In this document: positions 10,224 through 19,654 of the stretch, piece by piece | Position numbering within the stretch: position 1 is the stretch's first letter | Layout: each line of letters opens with the position of its first letter | Assembly: GCA_963726245.1 (NCBI GenBank) | Contig: CAVSBT010000015.1 | Coordinates: 128,001 to 192,000, forward strand | Reading direction: 5' to 3' | Length of the DNA: 64,000 nt | DNA from: an uncultured Chloroflexia bacterium | GTDB taxonomy: Bacteria > Chloroflexota > Dehalococcoidia > DSTF01 > JALHUB01 | The notes under the pieces: model-generated | Database searches by the model: none | The model's input: only the letters and a program-made list of their open reading frames with translations | Told to the model about the DNA's origin: nothing | Translations under genes and position numbers: made by a program

Positions 10224-11147
10224 GTGAGAGGGAGAGACCTCCTTTCCATTGTCGATCTAACGCCGGAAGAGCTGCTCGGGGTGCTGGAGATGGCGCTGCG
10301 CACGAAGCGGGACGGCTGCGCACCGCTGCTCCAGGGCAAGACACTGGCGCTGCTCTTCGAGAAGGCATCCCTACGCACGCGCGTCAGCTTCGACGTGGCG
10401 ATGCAGCAATTGGGCGGCCACGCCGTCTACCTTTCACAGGCCGAGGTGGGGTTGGGGCAGCGGGAGTCGGTGGCCGACATCGCGCGGGTGTTGAGCCGCT
10501 ACGTGGACGCCATCGCGGCGCGGACCTTCGCTCAGTCCACCCTGGAGACCCTGGCGAAGTACGCCACGGTGCCGGTCATCAACGCCCTCTCGGATGACGA
10601 GCATCCTTGCCAGGCGGCGGCCGACCTGCTGACCATCTACGAGAAGAAGGGGCGCTGCGCGGGGCTGTCGCTGGCCTTTGTGGGCGATGGCAACAACGTC
10701 GCGGCGTCGCTGGCCCAGGGTTCGGCCATGGTGGGCATGAACTTCACCATCAGCTCGCCGGACGGCTACGGTCTGCCGGCGCCGATCATGAGCCAGGCGG
10801 AGCGGGTGGCCTCCCTGACCGGGGCTTCGATAAGGGTCACGGCCCTTCCCGAGGAGGCCGTGCGCGGCGCCGACGTCATCTACACCGACGTGTGGACGAG
10901 CATGGGCCAGGAGGACCAGCACCTGGAGCGCCTGCGGGCCTTCGAGGGATACCAGGTGAACCAGCGACTGCTCTCCCTGGCCGCCCCCGGCGCCATCTTC
11001 ATGCACGACCTGCCCGCCCATCGAGGGGAGGAGACCGTGGATGAAGTAATCGATGGCCCCCAGTCCGTTGTCTTTGACCAGGCGGAGAACCGCCTTCACG
11101 CTCAGAGAGCCATTCTAGCCCTGCTGATGGGGGAGGAGGCGGGCTAA
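10224..11147 (+). CDS. argF: Ornithine carbamoyltransferase
   Basis: SLRTRVSF, HPCQ, GDGNNVA, YTDVWTSMG, MHDLPAHRG, QAENRLH. Confidence 0.96.
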   Translation: MRGRDLLSIVDLTPEELLGVLEMALRTKRDGCAPLLQGKTLALLFEKASLRTRVSFDVAMQQLGGHAVYLSQAEVGLGQRESVADIARVLSRYVDAIAARTFAQSTLETLAKYATVPVINALSDDEHPCQAAADLLTIYEKKGRCAGLSLAFVGDGNNVAASLAQGSAMVGMNFTISSPDGYGLPAPIMSQAERVASLTGASIRVTALPEEAVRGADVIYTDVWTSMGQEDQHLERLRAFEGYQVNQRLLSLAAPGAIFMHDLPAHRGEETVDEVIDGPQSVVFDQAENRLHAQRAILALLMGEEAG

Positions 11148-11274
11148 CCGGGGCTCCGGCGGGAAAGCGCGCCTCGACGCGCATCGAAGCCCTGGGGCGC
11201 CCGAAGAGGTCCGCCTAGGCGGACCCGCGACACCTGTCCCCCTGCCGTCGAGCGGGCTGCTGACGGTCAGGCCC

Positions 11275-12078
11275 ATGTCAGACTTATTGGGAGGCATCAA
11301 GGACACGCTGGGGGAACTGGACGCCCGCAGCGTCTTCGATATCCTCCTCATCGCCGCCATCTTCTACTGGCTGCTGCTCCTGCTGAGGGGCACGACGGCC
11401 ATGAGCCTGTTGCGGGGCTTCGCCATCCTTCTCATCGCCGCTGTCATCCTCGCTCGGCTGCTCGATCTGCGCGTCCTCAACTTCCTGCTGCGCAACTCGG
11501 TCATCGGCCTGGCCGTGGCCATTCCCATAGTCTTCCAGCCGGAGCTCCGCCGCGCCCTGGAGCGGGTGGGAAGGGCCGGCGTCCGGGCCTGGCTGGGCCG
11601 GCCCGGCTATGACGTCCTCATCGGTGTCGTGGCCGATGCCGCACTGGGCCTCGCCGAGCGCCGCCATGGCGCCCTCATGGTCCTTGAGCGTGACACGGGG
11701 CTGCAGGACTACATTGACACCGGCATAAGGGTGGATGCCGCTCCTTCGGCGGAGCTGCTGGAGGGCATCTTCTTCCCCAGGTCGCCCCTGCACGACGGCG
11801 CCGTTATCCTCAGGGCGAACAGAGTGGTGGCGGCTGCCTGCACGCTGCCGCTGTCGGAGGACTCCTCTGGAGGCCGGATGGGCCTCCGCCATCGAGCCGC
11901 CCTGGGCATCACGGAGCGCACCGACGCCATCACGGTGGTGGTCTCTGAGGAGACGGGCGAGATAGCGCTGGCCGCCAACGGCCGGCTGGTGCCACGACTA
12001 GACGAGACGCGCCTTCGCGCTACCCTTTCCAGCCTGCTGAGCCAGCCGGAACCGGCTGCCGTGGACGGTCGAGGGTAG
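11275..12078 (+). CDS. cdaA: Diadenylate cyclase CdaA/DacA
   Basis: Three N-terminal TMs, FQPELRRALE, LHDGAV and RHRAA catalytic motifs, VSEETG. Confidence 0.93.
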   Translation: MSDLLGGIKDTLGELDARSVFDILLIAAIFYWLLLLLRGTTAMSLLRGFAILLIAAVILARLLDLRVLNFLLRNSVIGLAVAIPIVFQPELRRALERVGRAGVRAWLGRPGYDVLIGVVADAALGLAERRHGALMVLERDTGLQDYIDTGIRVDAAPSAELLEGIFFPRSPLHDGAVILRANRVVAAACTLPLSEDSSGGRMGLRHRAALGITERTDAITVVVSEETGEIALAANGRLVPRLDETRLRATLSSLLSQPEPAAVDGRG

Positions 12079-12102
12079 CGTCGGTGGCGAGGGAGTAGGG
12101 TC

Positions 12103-13359
12103 GTGCTGCGTTCTCTGTCGGCATTCGGCAGGCTGGTCGCCCTGGTCTTCGGGAGGGGCTTCGGTACGCTGAGGGCCAACATAGGCCTCGGGCTCCTCTC
12201 GCTGGCCCTCGCCGTCAGCGTGTGGGCGTTCGTCACCGGAGAGGAGAACCCAACGCGCACGGACTGCTTCCCCGGCGACATCCCGGTGGAGACAGTGAAC
12301 GTGCCGGAAGGGCTGGCTATAGCCGGTCTATCGGACGCAGCGGTCAGCGTCCGTGCTTCGGCGCCCCAAGACATCTGCGATCAACTTACCGCGGGAGACT
12401 TCCGGGCCGTCGTTGACCTCTCCATAGCGAGAGCCCGCGAGAACACGGTGACGCTGCGCGTCTCCAGCACACGAAACCGGGTAGATGTGGCCGAGACGAA
12501 TCCGCCACAGGTCAACGTCACGCTGGAGCCTCTGACCACCAAGGTGGTGCCGGTGACGGTGAAGCTGATCGGCTCGCCGCCTTTGGGCTACGCCACGGTG
12601 CCGGGAAAGACCACACCCGAGCAGGTGGAGGTGACGGGTGCGGAGAGTCTGGTGGCCTTGGTGGAAGAAGCCGTGGCTGACGTGAACGTGCAGGGGGCGC
12701 AGGTGCCCCTGGAGGAAACGATTCCGCTCGTGCCTCGGGATAGCCGCGGCGGCGACATAGAGGGCGTGACCCTCAACCCGAGCACGGCGGACGTGGTTGT
12801 TCCCATCGTGCAGCGGGAGATCACGCAGGCTTACGTCGTGACGCCGCAGGTGCGCGGCACCCCCGCTGACGGGTTCGACGTCACGTCGGTGGGCGTGGAG
12901 CCGGCCTTCGCCGTGCTCACGGGGACAATCGAGGCCCTCCAGTCGCTGACGCTGGTGACCACCGATGAGGTGGACGTGGACGGGGCCGCCTCGGACGTGG
13001 TGCGGGCGGCGAAGCTGCAACTGCCGCCGGGCCTGACCGCGGCGGGCGGCGACACCGTCACGGTGCGCGTTTCCATCTCGGCTGCCCGAGGGGAGATCAC
13101 CCTTGGGCTCACCCCCACCATCAATGGCGTGGGGCCAGGCCTGCGGGCGGAGCTAGCTACCGCCCTGGTGGAGGTGCGCGTCGCAGGCGAGATACCGGTG
13201 CTACGCGCACTCTCGCCGGCCAGCCTGACGGCGGTCGTGGACGCCTCGGGACTGCAAGCCGGACAGCATGACTTGTCGGTACAGGTGACGGCGCCGCCGG
13301 GCGTCCAGGTGGTGGGCGTGGAGCCGGCCACCGTGACCGTCACGTTGAGCGCATCATGA
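12103..13359 (+). CDS. cdaR: CdaR/YbbR-repeat regulator of diadenylate cyclase
   Basis: N-terminal TM, repeated beta-rich YbbR-like units (PxxVxVxG); follows cdaA. Confidence 0.85.
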   Translation: MLRSLSAFGRLVALVFGRGFGTLRANIGLGLLSLALAVSVWAFVTGEENPTRTDCFPGDIPVETVNVPEGLAIAGLSDAAVSVRASAPQDICDQLTAGDFRAVVDLSIARARENTVTLRVSSTRNRVDVAETNPPQVNVTLEPLTTKVVPVTVKLIGSPPLGYATVPGKTTPEQVEVTGAESLVALVEEAVADVNVQGAQVPLEETIPLVPRDSRGGDIEGVTLNPSTADVVVPIVQREITQAYVVTPQVRGTPADGFDVTSVGVEPAFAVLTGTIEALQSLTLVTTDEVDVDGAASDVVRAAKLQLPPGLTAAGGDTVTVRVSISAARGEITLGLTPTINGVGPGLRAELATALVEVRVAGEIPVLRALSPASLTAVVDASGLQAGQHDLSVQVTAPPGVQVVGVEPATVTVTLSAS

Positions 13360-14714
13360 CCGGTGTCGCTTCCCAGGGCGGCCCGCCGGCTCAGACGGCG
13401 GCAGCGCCGGTGGTGGCCATCGTCGGCCGCCCCAACGTCGGCAAGTCCGCCCTCTTCAACCGCATGGTCCGGGGGCGGGTGGCGCTGGTCGAAGACATCC
13501 CCGGCACCACGCGCGATCGCCTGTACGGAAACGTCGAGTGGCGGGGGCACGTCTTTCGCCTGGTAGACACCGGCGGCCTGGATGTGGAGGCGCGCACCTC
13601 CCTCTCGACCCAGGTGCGGCAGCAGGTGCAGGCCGCCGTCGACGAAGCCCAGGTAATCTTGTTCGTGGTCGACTCGAGCGAGGGCGTCACGGCTGCTGAC
13701 CTGGAGGTGGCCGATATCCTCCGTCGCACGGCGAAGCCGGTCCTGATGCTGGCCAACAAGGCGGAGAGCAAGGCGCGCCGGGATGGCGCGGTCGAGTTCT
13801 ACGAGCTGGGCCTGGGCGAACCCCTTGCGGTCAGCGCTCAGCACGGCATGGGCGTGGCCGATGTCATGGACCTCCTCATCGACATCCTGCCGCCGGGGGC
13901 GGCCGGCGAAGAGGCCAGAGCCCTGCGAATCGCCATCGTTGGGCGGCCTAACGTAGGCAAGTCGATGCTCCTGAACGCTGTCCTGGGCGAGGAGCGGGTG
14001 ATAGTGAGCGAGGTGCCGGGCACCACCCGCGACAGCATAGACACGCCGTTCGAGTACGCCGGCCAGCGTCTTGTACTGATCGACACGGCAGGCATCCGGC
14101 GACGAGGACACGTCGAGAGGGGGCTGGAGAAGCACTCTGTCCTCCACGCCGAGCGCGCCGTCGAACGGGCGGACGTGGCCCTGCTTGTGCTGGAGGGACC
14201 AGAGGGTGTGATGGCCCAGGACGCGCACATCGCCGGCTACGTGTCGGAGGCCTTCTGTGGCCTGGTGCTGGTCGCCAACAAGTGGGACCTGGTAAGCGGC
14301 AACGGCTCGAACCGCAAGGAGTTCGAACGCGTCACCCGCCAGCGGCTGCGCTTCGCCGCCTGGGCGCCCCTCTGTTTCGTCTCCGCCAAGGAGCGCACCG
14401 GCCTCCCGGCTCTGCTGGAGCAGACCCTCCGTGCCGGCCAGGAGCGGCGCCGTCGCATCCCGACGGCGGAGCTGAACGCCCTCGTGCAACGGGCGACAGC
14501 AGAGAAGCCGCCCCCGACGTCGGGCAGCAGGCGGCTCAAGCTCCTCTACGTCACGCAGGCGGAGGCGGCGCCGCCCACCTTCGTCTTCTTCGTGAACGAC
14601 GCCACGCTGATGCACTTCTCCTACCGCCGTCACCTGGAGCGTGTCCTGAGAATGGCCTATGGGTTCCAGGGCACTCCACTGCGCCTGGTCTTCCGCAGCA
14701 GGGGAGGGCATTAG
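13356..14714 (+). CDS. der: Ribosome biogenesis GTPase Der/EngA
   Basis: Two GRPNVGKS G-domains, PGTTRD, DTAG, NKWD, PPTFVFF. Confidence 0.97.
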   Translation: MTGVASQGGPPAQTAAAPVVAIVGRPNVGKSALFNRMVRGRVALVEDIPGTTRDRLYGNVEWRGHVFRLVDTGGLDVEARTSLSTQVRQQVQAAVDEAQVILFVVDSSEGVTAADLEVADILRRTAKPVLMLANKAESKARRDGAVEFYELGLGEPLAVSAQHGMGVADVMDLLIDILPPGAAGEEARALRIAIVGRPNVGKSMLLNAVLGEERVIVSEVPGTTRDSIDTPFEYAGQRLVLIDTAGIRRRGHVERGLEKHSVLHAERAVERADVALLVLEGPEGVMAQDAHIAGYVSEAFCGLVLVANKWDLVSGNGSNRKEFERVTRQRLRFAAWAPLCFVSAKERTGLPALLEQTLRAGQERRRRIPTAELNALVQRATAEKPPPTSGSRRLKLLYVTQAEAAPPTFVFFVNDATLMHFSYRRHLERVLRMAYGFQGTPLRLVFRSRGGH

Positions 14715-14715
14715 C

Positions 14716-15357
14716 ATGTGGTGGGCCTTCCTCGTCACAGCGGTTATCGGCTACTTGCTGGGGTCGCTGCCCCTGGGCCTCGTGGCCGGCCGGCTGGCGC
14801 GGGGGATCGACATTCGGGACTTCGGGAGCGGGAAGACTGGCTTCACCAACGCCCTCCGCACCATAGGCTTCCGAGCTTCCCTGCCGGTCCTGGTGGGCGA
14901 CTTGGCCAAGGGTGCGCTGCCGGTGGTCATCGCCCGACTCCTCTCCGATAACGCCTACGTTCAGACCGTGGGCGGGCTGGCAGCCATCGCCGGCCACGAC
15001 TGGCCAGTCTTCGCCGGGTTCCGTGGTGGACGCGGCGTCACGACGTCGTTCGGGGTGTTGCTGGGCATGAACCCGCTGGTGGCGATGGCCCTGCTGCCCA
15101 TCGGCGTTGCCATCGCGCTGATCACCCGCTACATGTCCGTGATGTCTATCTCCGGCGCCGTGCTGGCTGCCGGCGTGCTCGTCGGCCTGGCGGCGGCGGG
15201 AGTGCTACCGGTGGCGTATGCCGTGTACGCCGGTCTGGCCGGAGCCCTTATCGTGGTCCTCCACCGAGAGAACATCCGGCGTCTCCTGGCGGGCACGGAG
15301 CCCAAGATTGGACGGGGCGGGGGAAGGCGGGCCGAGCAGGTGAGGGGGAGTCTGTGA
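14716..15357 (+). CDS. plsY: Glycerol-3-phosphate acyltransferase PlsY
   Basis: YLLGSLP, GSGKTGFTN, DLAKG, GHDWP, GGRGV, HRENIRRL. Confidence 0.95.
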   Translation: MWWAFLVTAVIGYLLGSLPLGLVAGRLARGIDIRDFGSGKTGFTNALRTIGFRASLPVLVGDLAKGALPVVIARLLSDNAYVQTVGGLAAIAGHDWPVFAGFRGGRGVTTSFGVLLGMNPLVAMALLPIGVAIALITRYMSVMSISGAVLAAGVLVGLAAAGVLPVAYAVYAGLAGALIVVLHRENIRRLLAGTEPKIGRGGGRRAEQVRGSL

Positions 15358-15470
15358 CAGGGGCGGGGCAGGACGTGGGACAGGGCGTGGCAGCGCTCGA
15401 TGCGCCGGCAACCCAGGCAGGAGCAAGCTGCCATTTCAAGGTGACGGGGCTCCTTCCCTCTCGCTGTAAA

Positions 15471-15500
15471 TTGACATCCCATTTTGCGCCTCGCTAGACT
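15471..15500 (+). promoter_or_regulatory. Sigma70-type promoter
   Basis: TTGACA-N18-TAGACT upstream of the HEAT-repeat gene. Confidence 0.6.
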
Positions 15501-15521
15501 GGATAGAGAAGGCAAGAGGCC

Positions 15522-16445
15522 GTGCCCGTCGAAGAATATCTACCAGAGCTTGTCGACTCCTCTGCTCCCCTGGCGGTGGCCAGGCTCGTCAACCTCTCCA
15601 GCCTGACCCCGGAGGAAGTCCCTGCCTTCGAGGACGCCTGGCGCAGCGTTGATGTTCGCCGCCGCCGCCGGGTGGTGCGAGAGCTCATCGAACTGGCCGA
15701 AGATAACGTTGAGCTCGACTTCGATGCCGTATTCCGGGTCGGCCTCTCCGATTCCGACGCCGAGGTTCGTCGCTTCGGTATTCGCGGGCTCTGGGAGTAC
15801 GAGGGGAGGGACCTCATACCGATGCTGGCGGCTCTTCTCCTCAGAGATATGGACGAGACCGTGCGAGCAGAGGCAGCCCTGGCTCTGGGCCGCTACGCCC
15901 TGAAGGCTGAGTTCGATAAGATCAAGGCCTCGGATGCGGGCATCGTCGACGACGCGCTGCGCGAGGCGATCGCCGATCCCGAGCAAGCAACGGAGGTCAG
16001 GGCCCGCGCCGTGGAGGCGGTTGGAGCCCGCTGCCAGCCGTGGGTTCCTCCAATCATCGAGGACGCCTATCACAGCGGCCAGCATCGCCTGCGGGTGGGT
16101 GCCCTTCACGCCATGGGTCGCAACTGCGATAGCCGGTGGCTCTCCACCCTGCTGCAGGAGCTGAAAAGCGAAGATGCCGAGATGCGATACGAGGCCGCCA
16201 CAGCCTGTGGCTCGCTGGGCGATGAGGCGGCGGTGCCACACCTGCTGCCCCTGCTCAAGGACGATGATGCGGAGGTCCAGGAGGCGGCCATACAAGCCTT
16301 GGGTCAGATCGGTGGACAGGAGGCGAAGAGGGCCCTGGACGACTGCCTCGCCAGCCCACAGGGGCATGTCCGCGATGCAGCTCTGGACGCCCTCGCCGTT
16401 TTGGACTTCGGAGAGGATCCGCTGGCTTTCAAGCTGCGTGGATAG
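15522..16445 (+). CDS. HEAT/PBS-lyase repeat protein
   Basis: Repeated LxDxDxxVRxxAxxALG units. Confidence 0.88.
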   Translation: MPVEEYLPELVDSSAPLAVARLVNLSSLTPEEVPAFEDAWRSVDVRRRRRVVRELIELAEDNVELDFDAVFRVGLSDSDAEVRRFGIRGLWEYEGRDLIPMLAALLLRDMDETVRAEAALALGRYALKAEFDKIKASDAGIVDDALREAIADPEQATEVRARAVEAVGARCQPWVPPIIEDAYHSGQHRLRVGALHAMGRNCDSRWLSTLLQELKSEDAEMRYEAATACGSLGDEAAVPHLLPLLKDDDAEVQEAAIQALGQIGGQEAKRALDDCLASPQGHVRDAALDALAVLDFGEDPLAFKLRG

Positions 16446-16453
16446 ACGCTCAC

Positions 16454-16930
16454 TTGGCTAGACGCGTTTCCCAAAAGCTCAAGACAGAGCAGGCCACTTC
16501 AGCGGGCGGCGTCGTCTACCGGCGCGGTCCCTCCGGGATCGAGGTGGTCCTTTGCGGCAGGGACCAGGACGGCCTCTGGAGCCTGCCCAAGGGTGGGCCG
16601 GAGCCGGGCGAGGACCTGCCGGCGGCCGCCGTCCGCGAGGTGGCGGAGGAGACGGGCCTCTTGGTGGCCATCGAACGGGAGTTGGGCAGCATCAGCTACT
16701 GGTTCGTGGGTGAGGGCGTCCGCTATCACAAGACGGTGCACTTCTATCTAATGTCGGCGAGCGGTGGCAGCACCGACCAGCACGATCGGGAGTTTGATCG
16801 CGTGCAGTGGTTCCCGGCGGACGAAGCGCTGGATATCATGACCTACCCCGGCGAACGCGGTATGGTCGAAAAGGCGCTGGAGCTGCTGGCTGCCTCGCCG
16901 CCGGCGGCCGCCGGAAGCGGAGGACCTTGA
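16454..16930 (+). CDS. NUDIX hydrolase (Ap6A/MutT1-like)
   Basis: SAGGVV, LPKGGxEPGEDxxxAAVREVAEETG Nudix box. Confidence 0.92.
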   Translation: MARRVSQKLKTEQATSAGGVVYRRGPSGIEVVLCGRDQDGLWSLPKGGPEPGEDLPAAAVREVAEETGLLVAIERELGSISYWFVGEGVRYHKTVHFYLMSASGGSTDQHDREFDRVQWFPADEALDIMTYPGERGMVEKALELLAASPPAAAGSGGP

Positions 16931-16934
16931 GGCT

Positions 16935-17681
16935 ATGACTTCCGTCGTCCGCGGCGAGGTCGTTCGCGGCGCCAAGGTGGTGCTCCGCGAGAAGCGGGCC
17001 TCGGACGCTGCCGCCGACTACGCCTGGCGCAGCGACCCGGAGATGGCCCGCTTCGACGCCGCCCGCCCATTCAGCGCGTCCTTCGACGACTTTCGTGCTC
17101 TCTATGAGGAAGAGCTGGCCTACTCCACCCCATTCCGCCGCACCCTCGCCATCGAGGATCAGGAGGGGCGGCACATCGGCAACGTCATGTACTACAACAT
17201 CGACCATGCCCGCGGCGAGGCTGAGCTGGGCATCACCATCGGCGTCCGCGAGTACTGGGGCCAGGGCTACGGCACCGACGCCGTGCGCACCTTCGTGCGC
17301 CACCTCTTCACGAACACGACGCTAAGGCGGGTCTACTTGAAGACCCTGGACTGGAACCAGCGGGCCCGTCGTTGCTTCGAGAAGGCTGGTTTCGTGGTCT
17401 ACAGCACCACGCGTCGCGGCGGAAACGACTTCACCCTCATGGAGGTGCGCCGGGAGTGGCTGACGGCGGGTGATGAAGGGGCCGCCGGAGAGAAGACACC
17501 GAAGCCTAAGGCTGCGGTGGGAGCGCCGGAGCATGGTCATGAACAGAATGGGCCGTGCATGCCCCTAGGGGCTGCAGGAGCTGCGCCTCAAGCATCTGTC
17601 CCACGGGTGGCCGACACAGGGGTCGGCCCCTACGAGCTTCATCACCGCCTTCGGGTGCGGGGCGAGTGGCTACTTCCGTGA
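16935..17681 (+). CDS. GNAT N-acetyltransferase (RimJ/RimL family); C-terminal about 65 aa probably spurious
   Basis: ELGITIG, YWGQGYGTDA, NQRARRCFEKAGF; tail reads through a REP-like element. Confidence 0.85.
   Translation: MTSVVRGEVVRGAKVVLREKRASDAAADYAWRSDPEMARFDAARPFSASFDDFRALYEEELAYSTPFRRTLAIEDQEGRHIGNVMYYNIDHARGEAELGITIGVREYWGQGYGTDAVRTFVRHLFTNTTLRRVYLKTLDWNQRARRCFEKAGFVVYSTTRRGGNDFTLMEVRREWLTAGDEGAAGEKTPKPKAAVGAPEHGHEQNGPCMPLGAAGAAPQASVPRVADTGVGPYELHHRLRVRGEWLLP
17609..17633 (-). repeat. GTAG-type REP-like palindrome
   Basis: Minus strand GTAGGGGCCGACCCCTGTGTCGGCC. Confidence 0.65.
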
Positions 17682-18101
17682 AGGCAGCGCCACTGTCGCC
17701 GTGCCCGGCGAAGTCTTCTGCCCCTCGGGGTTCTCCGTCCAGATCTCCAGCTCGACGAGGTTCTCGCCGCCCTGCTGCCGTCGTGCCGTCACGACTCCAC
17801 GGCAGGTGATGTCCTGCTTTGGGACGTCCATGCCGCGGTACTGGCAGCCGAACTTCTTGACGCGACCCTTCGCGCCCGCCCAGTCGTGGAGCATCTGGCC
17901 CAGGAAGGCGTGCTTCAGGGCGCCGTGGACGATGAGCCCCTTCAGACCGTTGGCTTGGGCGAAGTCCCTATCGTAGTGGATCTGGTAGAAATCGCCTGAG
18001 CCGGCAGCCCACATCACGAGCTGCTGGGTGCTGCAGTTCTTGACGAGCTTCGTTATCTTGTCGCCATCCTTGACGTCTTCGAAGTAGACTTGCTCGGCCA
18101 T
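17670..18101 (-). CDS. MaoC-like (R)-enoyl hydratase, catalytic subunit
   Basis: SGDFYQIHYD hydratase-2 motif, IVHGAL. Confidence 0.88.
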   Translation of the reverse strand: MAEQVYFEDVKDGDKITKLVKNCSTQQLVMWAAGSGDFYQIHYDRDFAQANGLKGLIVHGALKHAFLGQMLHDWAGAKGRVKKFGCQYRGMDVPKQDITCRGVVTARRQQGGENLVELEIWTENPEGQKTSPGTATVALPSRK

Positions 18102-18147
18102 GGTAACTCCCCTTCGTGATTCGAAATGCGCGACGCTGGTCGGTCAG

Positions 18148-18621
18148 CTAGTACTGAATGCCCGTGCCTCGTAGGATAGCGACGACCTTGCCCTTCTGGT
18201 TCCGGTATGTGGTCTCGATGCGGATCAGGAGCATGGGACCCATGCCTCCCTGGCGCTCCGAAAGGTCGGCGATCTTGTGGGTCGAAGTCAGCACATCGCC
18301 GGCGCAGATGTCCTCGTCGAAGTACTCCACCTCATTCCCGCCGTTGAGGACTCGTGTGAAGGGGGACTTGAAGCTGAAGTAAGGGTTGTCGGGCGGTAGC
18401 TCGGGGTTGAAGACCGGCGTGCCCAGGTAGCCCGGTGGGCAGGGCAGGTCGCGGTAGCCCCGGCGACGGGCCTCCTCAACGTCATAGTAGACGGGGTCGG
18501 TGTGGCCGACAGCGCGGGCGAACATGCGGATGGCGGTGCGGTCGACCTCCGCCGTCTGGGGCTTGGACTCCTTGCCGATGACGGCCCGCATCTCGTCCGT
18601 GATGACAGAGGATTGGGTCAT
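18148..18621 (-). CDS. MaoC dehydratase N-terminal/HadA-like subunit
   Basis: IRMFARAVG, DPVYYD, LNGGNEVEY, AGDVL; paired with the MaoC gene. Confidence 0.85.
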   Translation of the reverse strand: MTQSSVITDEMRAVIGKESKPQTAEVDRTAIRMFARAVGHTDPVYYDVEEARRRGYRDLPCPPGYLGTPVFNPELPPDNPYFSFKSPFTRVLNGGNEVEYFDEDICAGDVLTSTHKIADLSERQGGMGPMLLIRIETTYRNQKGKVVAILRGTGIQY

Positions 18622-18773
18622 GGTGCACCTCCTTGGTTGTCAGAGGGGTGGCTTGGGTGAACGTATCCGGGAGGCGGACGCGCGGTGACGAGAATACATC
18701 GGGCCCTCGGCAGTGTCAACGAACCTGCCGCCCGTCTCGCGCTCTCAAGCGTGGGGTCGAGCAAGCTCGACCC

Positions 18774-19451
18774 CTACGTGGCTGTTAGGGTGTCCTCGGC
18801 TTCGCGAGCCGGCCGTGCGGCCAGGTCCACGGCGTGGAAGCGGCCCGCCTTCAGCTCCTCGATGAGACCGCGGATGTCCTCTATTTGGCGCTCGAAGTAG
18901 GTGGCGCAGCGTCCGATGTGGCCGCTGGCGTGGGAGTCGGTGCCGGCGGTGCCCGCCATGCCCATGAGCTCGCAGAGGCGGGCCGCGAAGGCGTTCTGCT
19001 CGACTTTGCCGCGGCCGTTGATCTTCTCGACGGCGACGCAGTAGCGGTACGCGGGGTTGTGACTGGCCCGCGCCAGCGCCTCCTCGTACTCGCGCTCGTC
19101 GTCGACGTGCCAGGGCATCTGGCGCCGGTAGGGGTGAGCGGCCACCATCACGCCGCCCGCTTGCTCGACGACTTCCGCCAGCTTGTGGCAGCGGTGCATG
19201 CCGTAGACGTAGCTATCGATGCCGTAGGCCAGGATATGGCCGCCCTCGGTGTTGACCTCGATGCCGTGTAGCACGAGGAAGCTGTGGCGCCGGCCCAGTT
19301 CGCGCACCTCCTCCGGCTCCCAGCAGAAGTCATGTTCACTGAGGACGATGCCGTCCAGCCCGGCGGCGCGCGAGCGCTCGATGAGCTCGTCGGGGGTGAG
19401 GCTGGCGTCCCAGGAGCGAGGCCGCGTGTGGGTGTGCAGGTCGATGAGCAT
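18774..19451 (-). CDS. PHP domain metallo-phosphoesterase
   Basis: DLHTHT, LSEHD, GHIL, AAHPYR, GTDSH. Confidence 0.88.
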   Translation of the reverse strand: MLIDLHTHTRPRSWDASLTPDELIERSRAAGLDGIVLSEHDFCWEPEEVRELGRRHSFLVLHGIEVNTEGGHILAYGIDSYVYGMHRCHKLAEVVEQAGGVMVAAHPYRRQMPWHVDDEREYEEALARASHNPAYRYCVAVEKINGRGKVEQNAFAARLCELMGMAGTAGTDSHASGHIGRCATYFERQIEDIRGLIEELKAGRFHAVDLAARPAREAEDTLTAT

Positions 19452-19654
19452 AGGCGGTGGCAGTGAGCAGGCCGGCCAGCAGGCCGGCCCGCGGCTTGTT
19501 TTCGGTTGTCCTATCTTACTATCACGTGAGGGTGAGATTCTGTCAACCGCTGTCGGCTGCCGAACGCCCGGTAGTTCTTGGAGGAGCCATCGGGCCTTTG
19601 CGGCGTGCCCACTGCTTGACCCCTCAGGTGCGCGGTCGCTATTCTGGCGAGGCC

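Noticed and set aside
19455-19654. T-box leader before hisS; purine riboswitch before guaB3; guanidine riboswitch before the ureohydrolase
   Set aside because: None of the consensus elements are present; these regions contain only promoter-like or terminator sequence.
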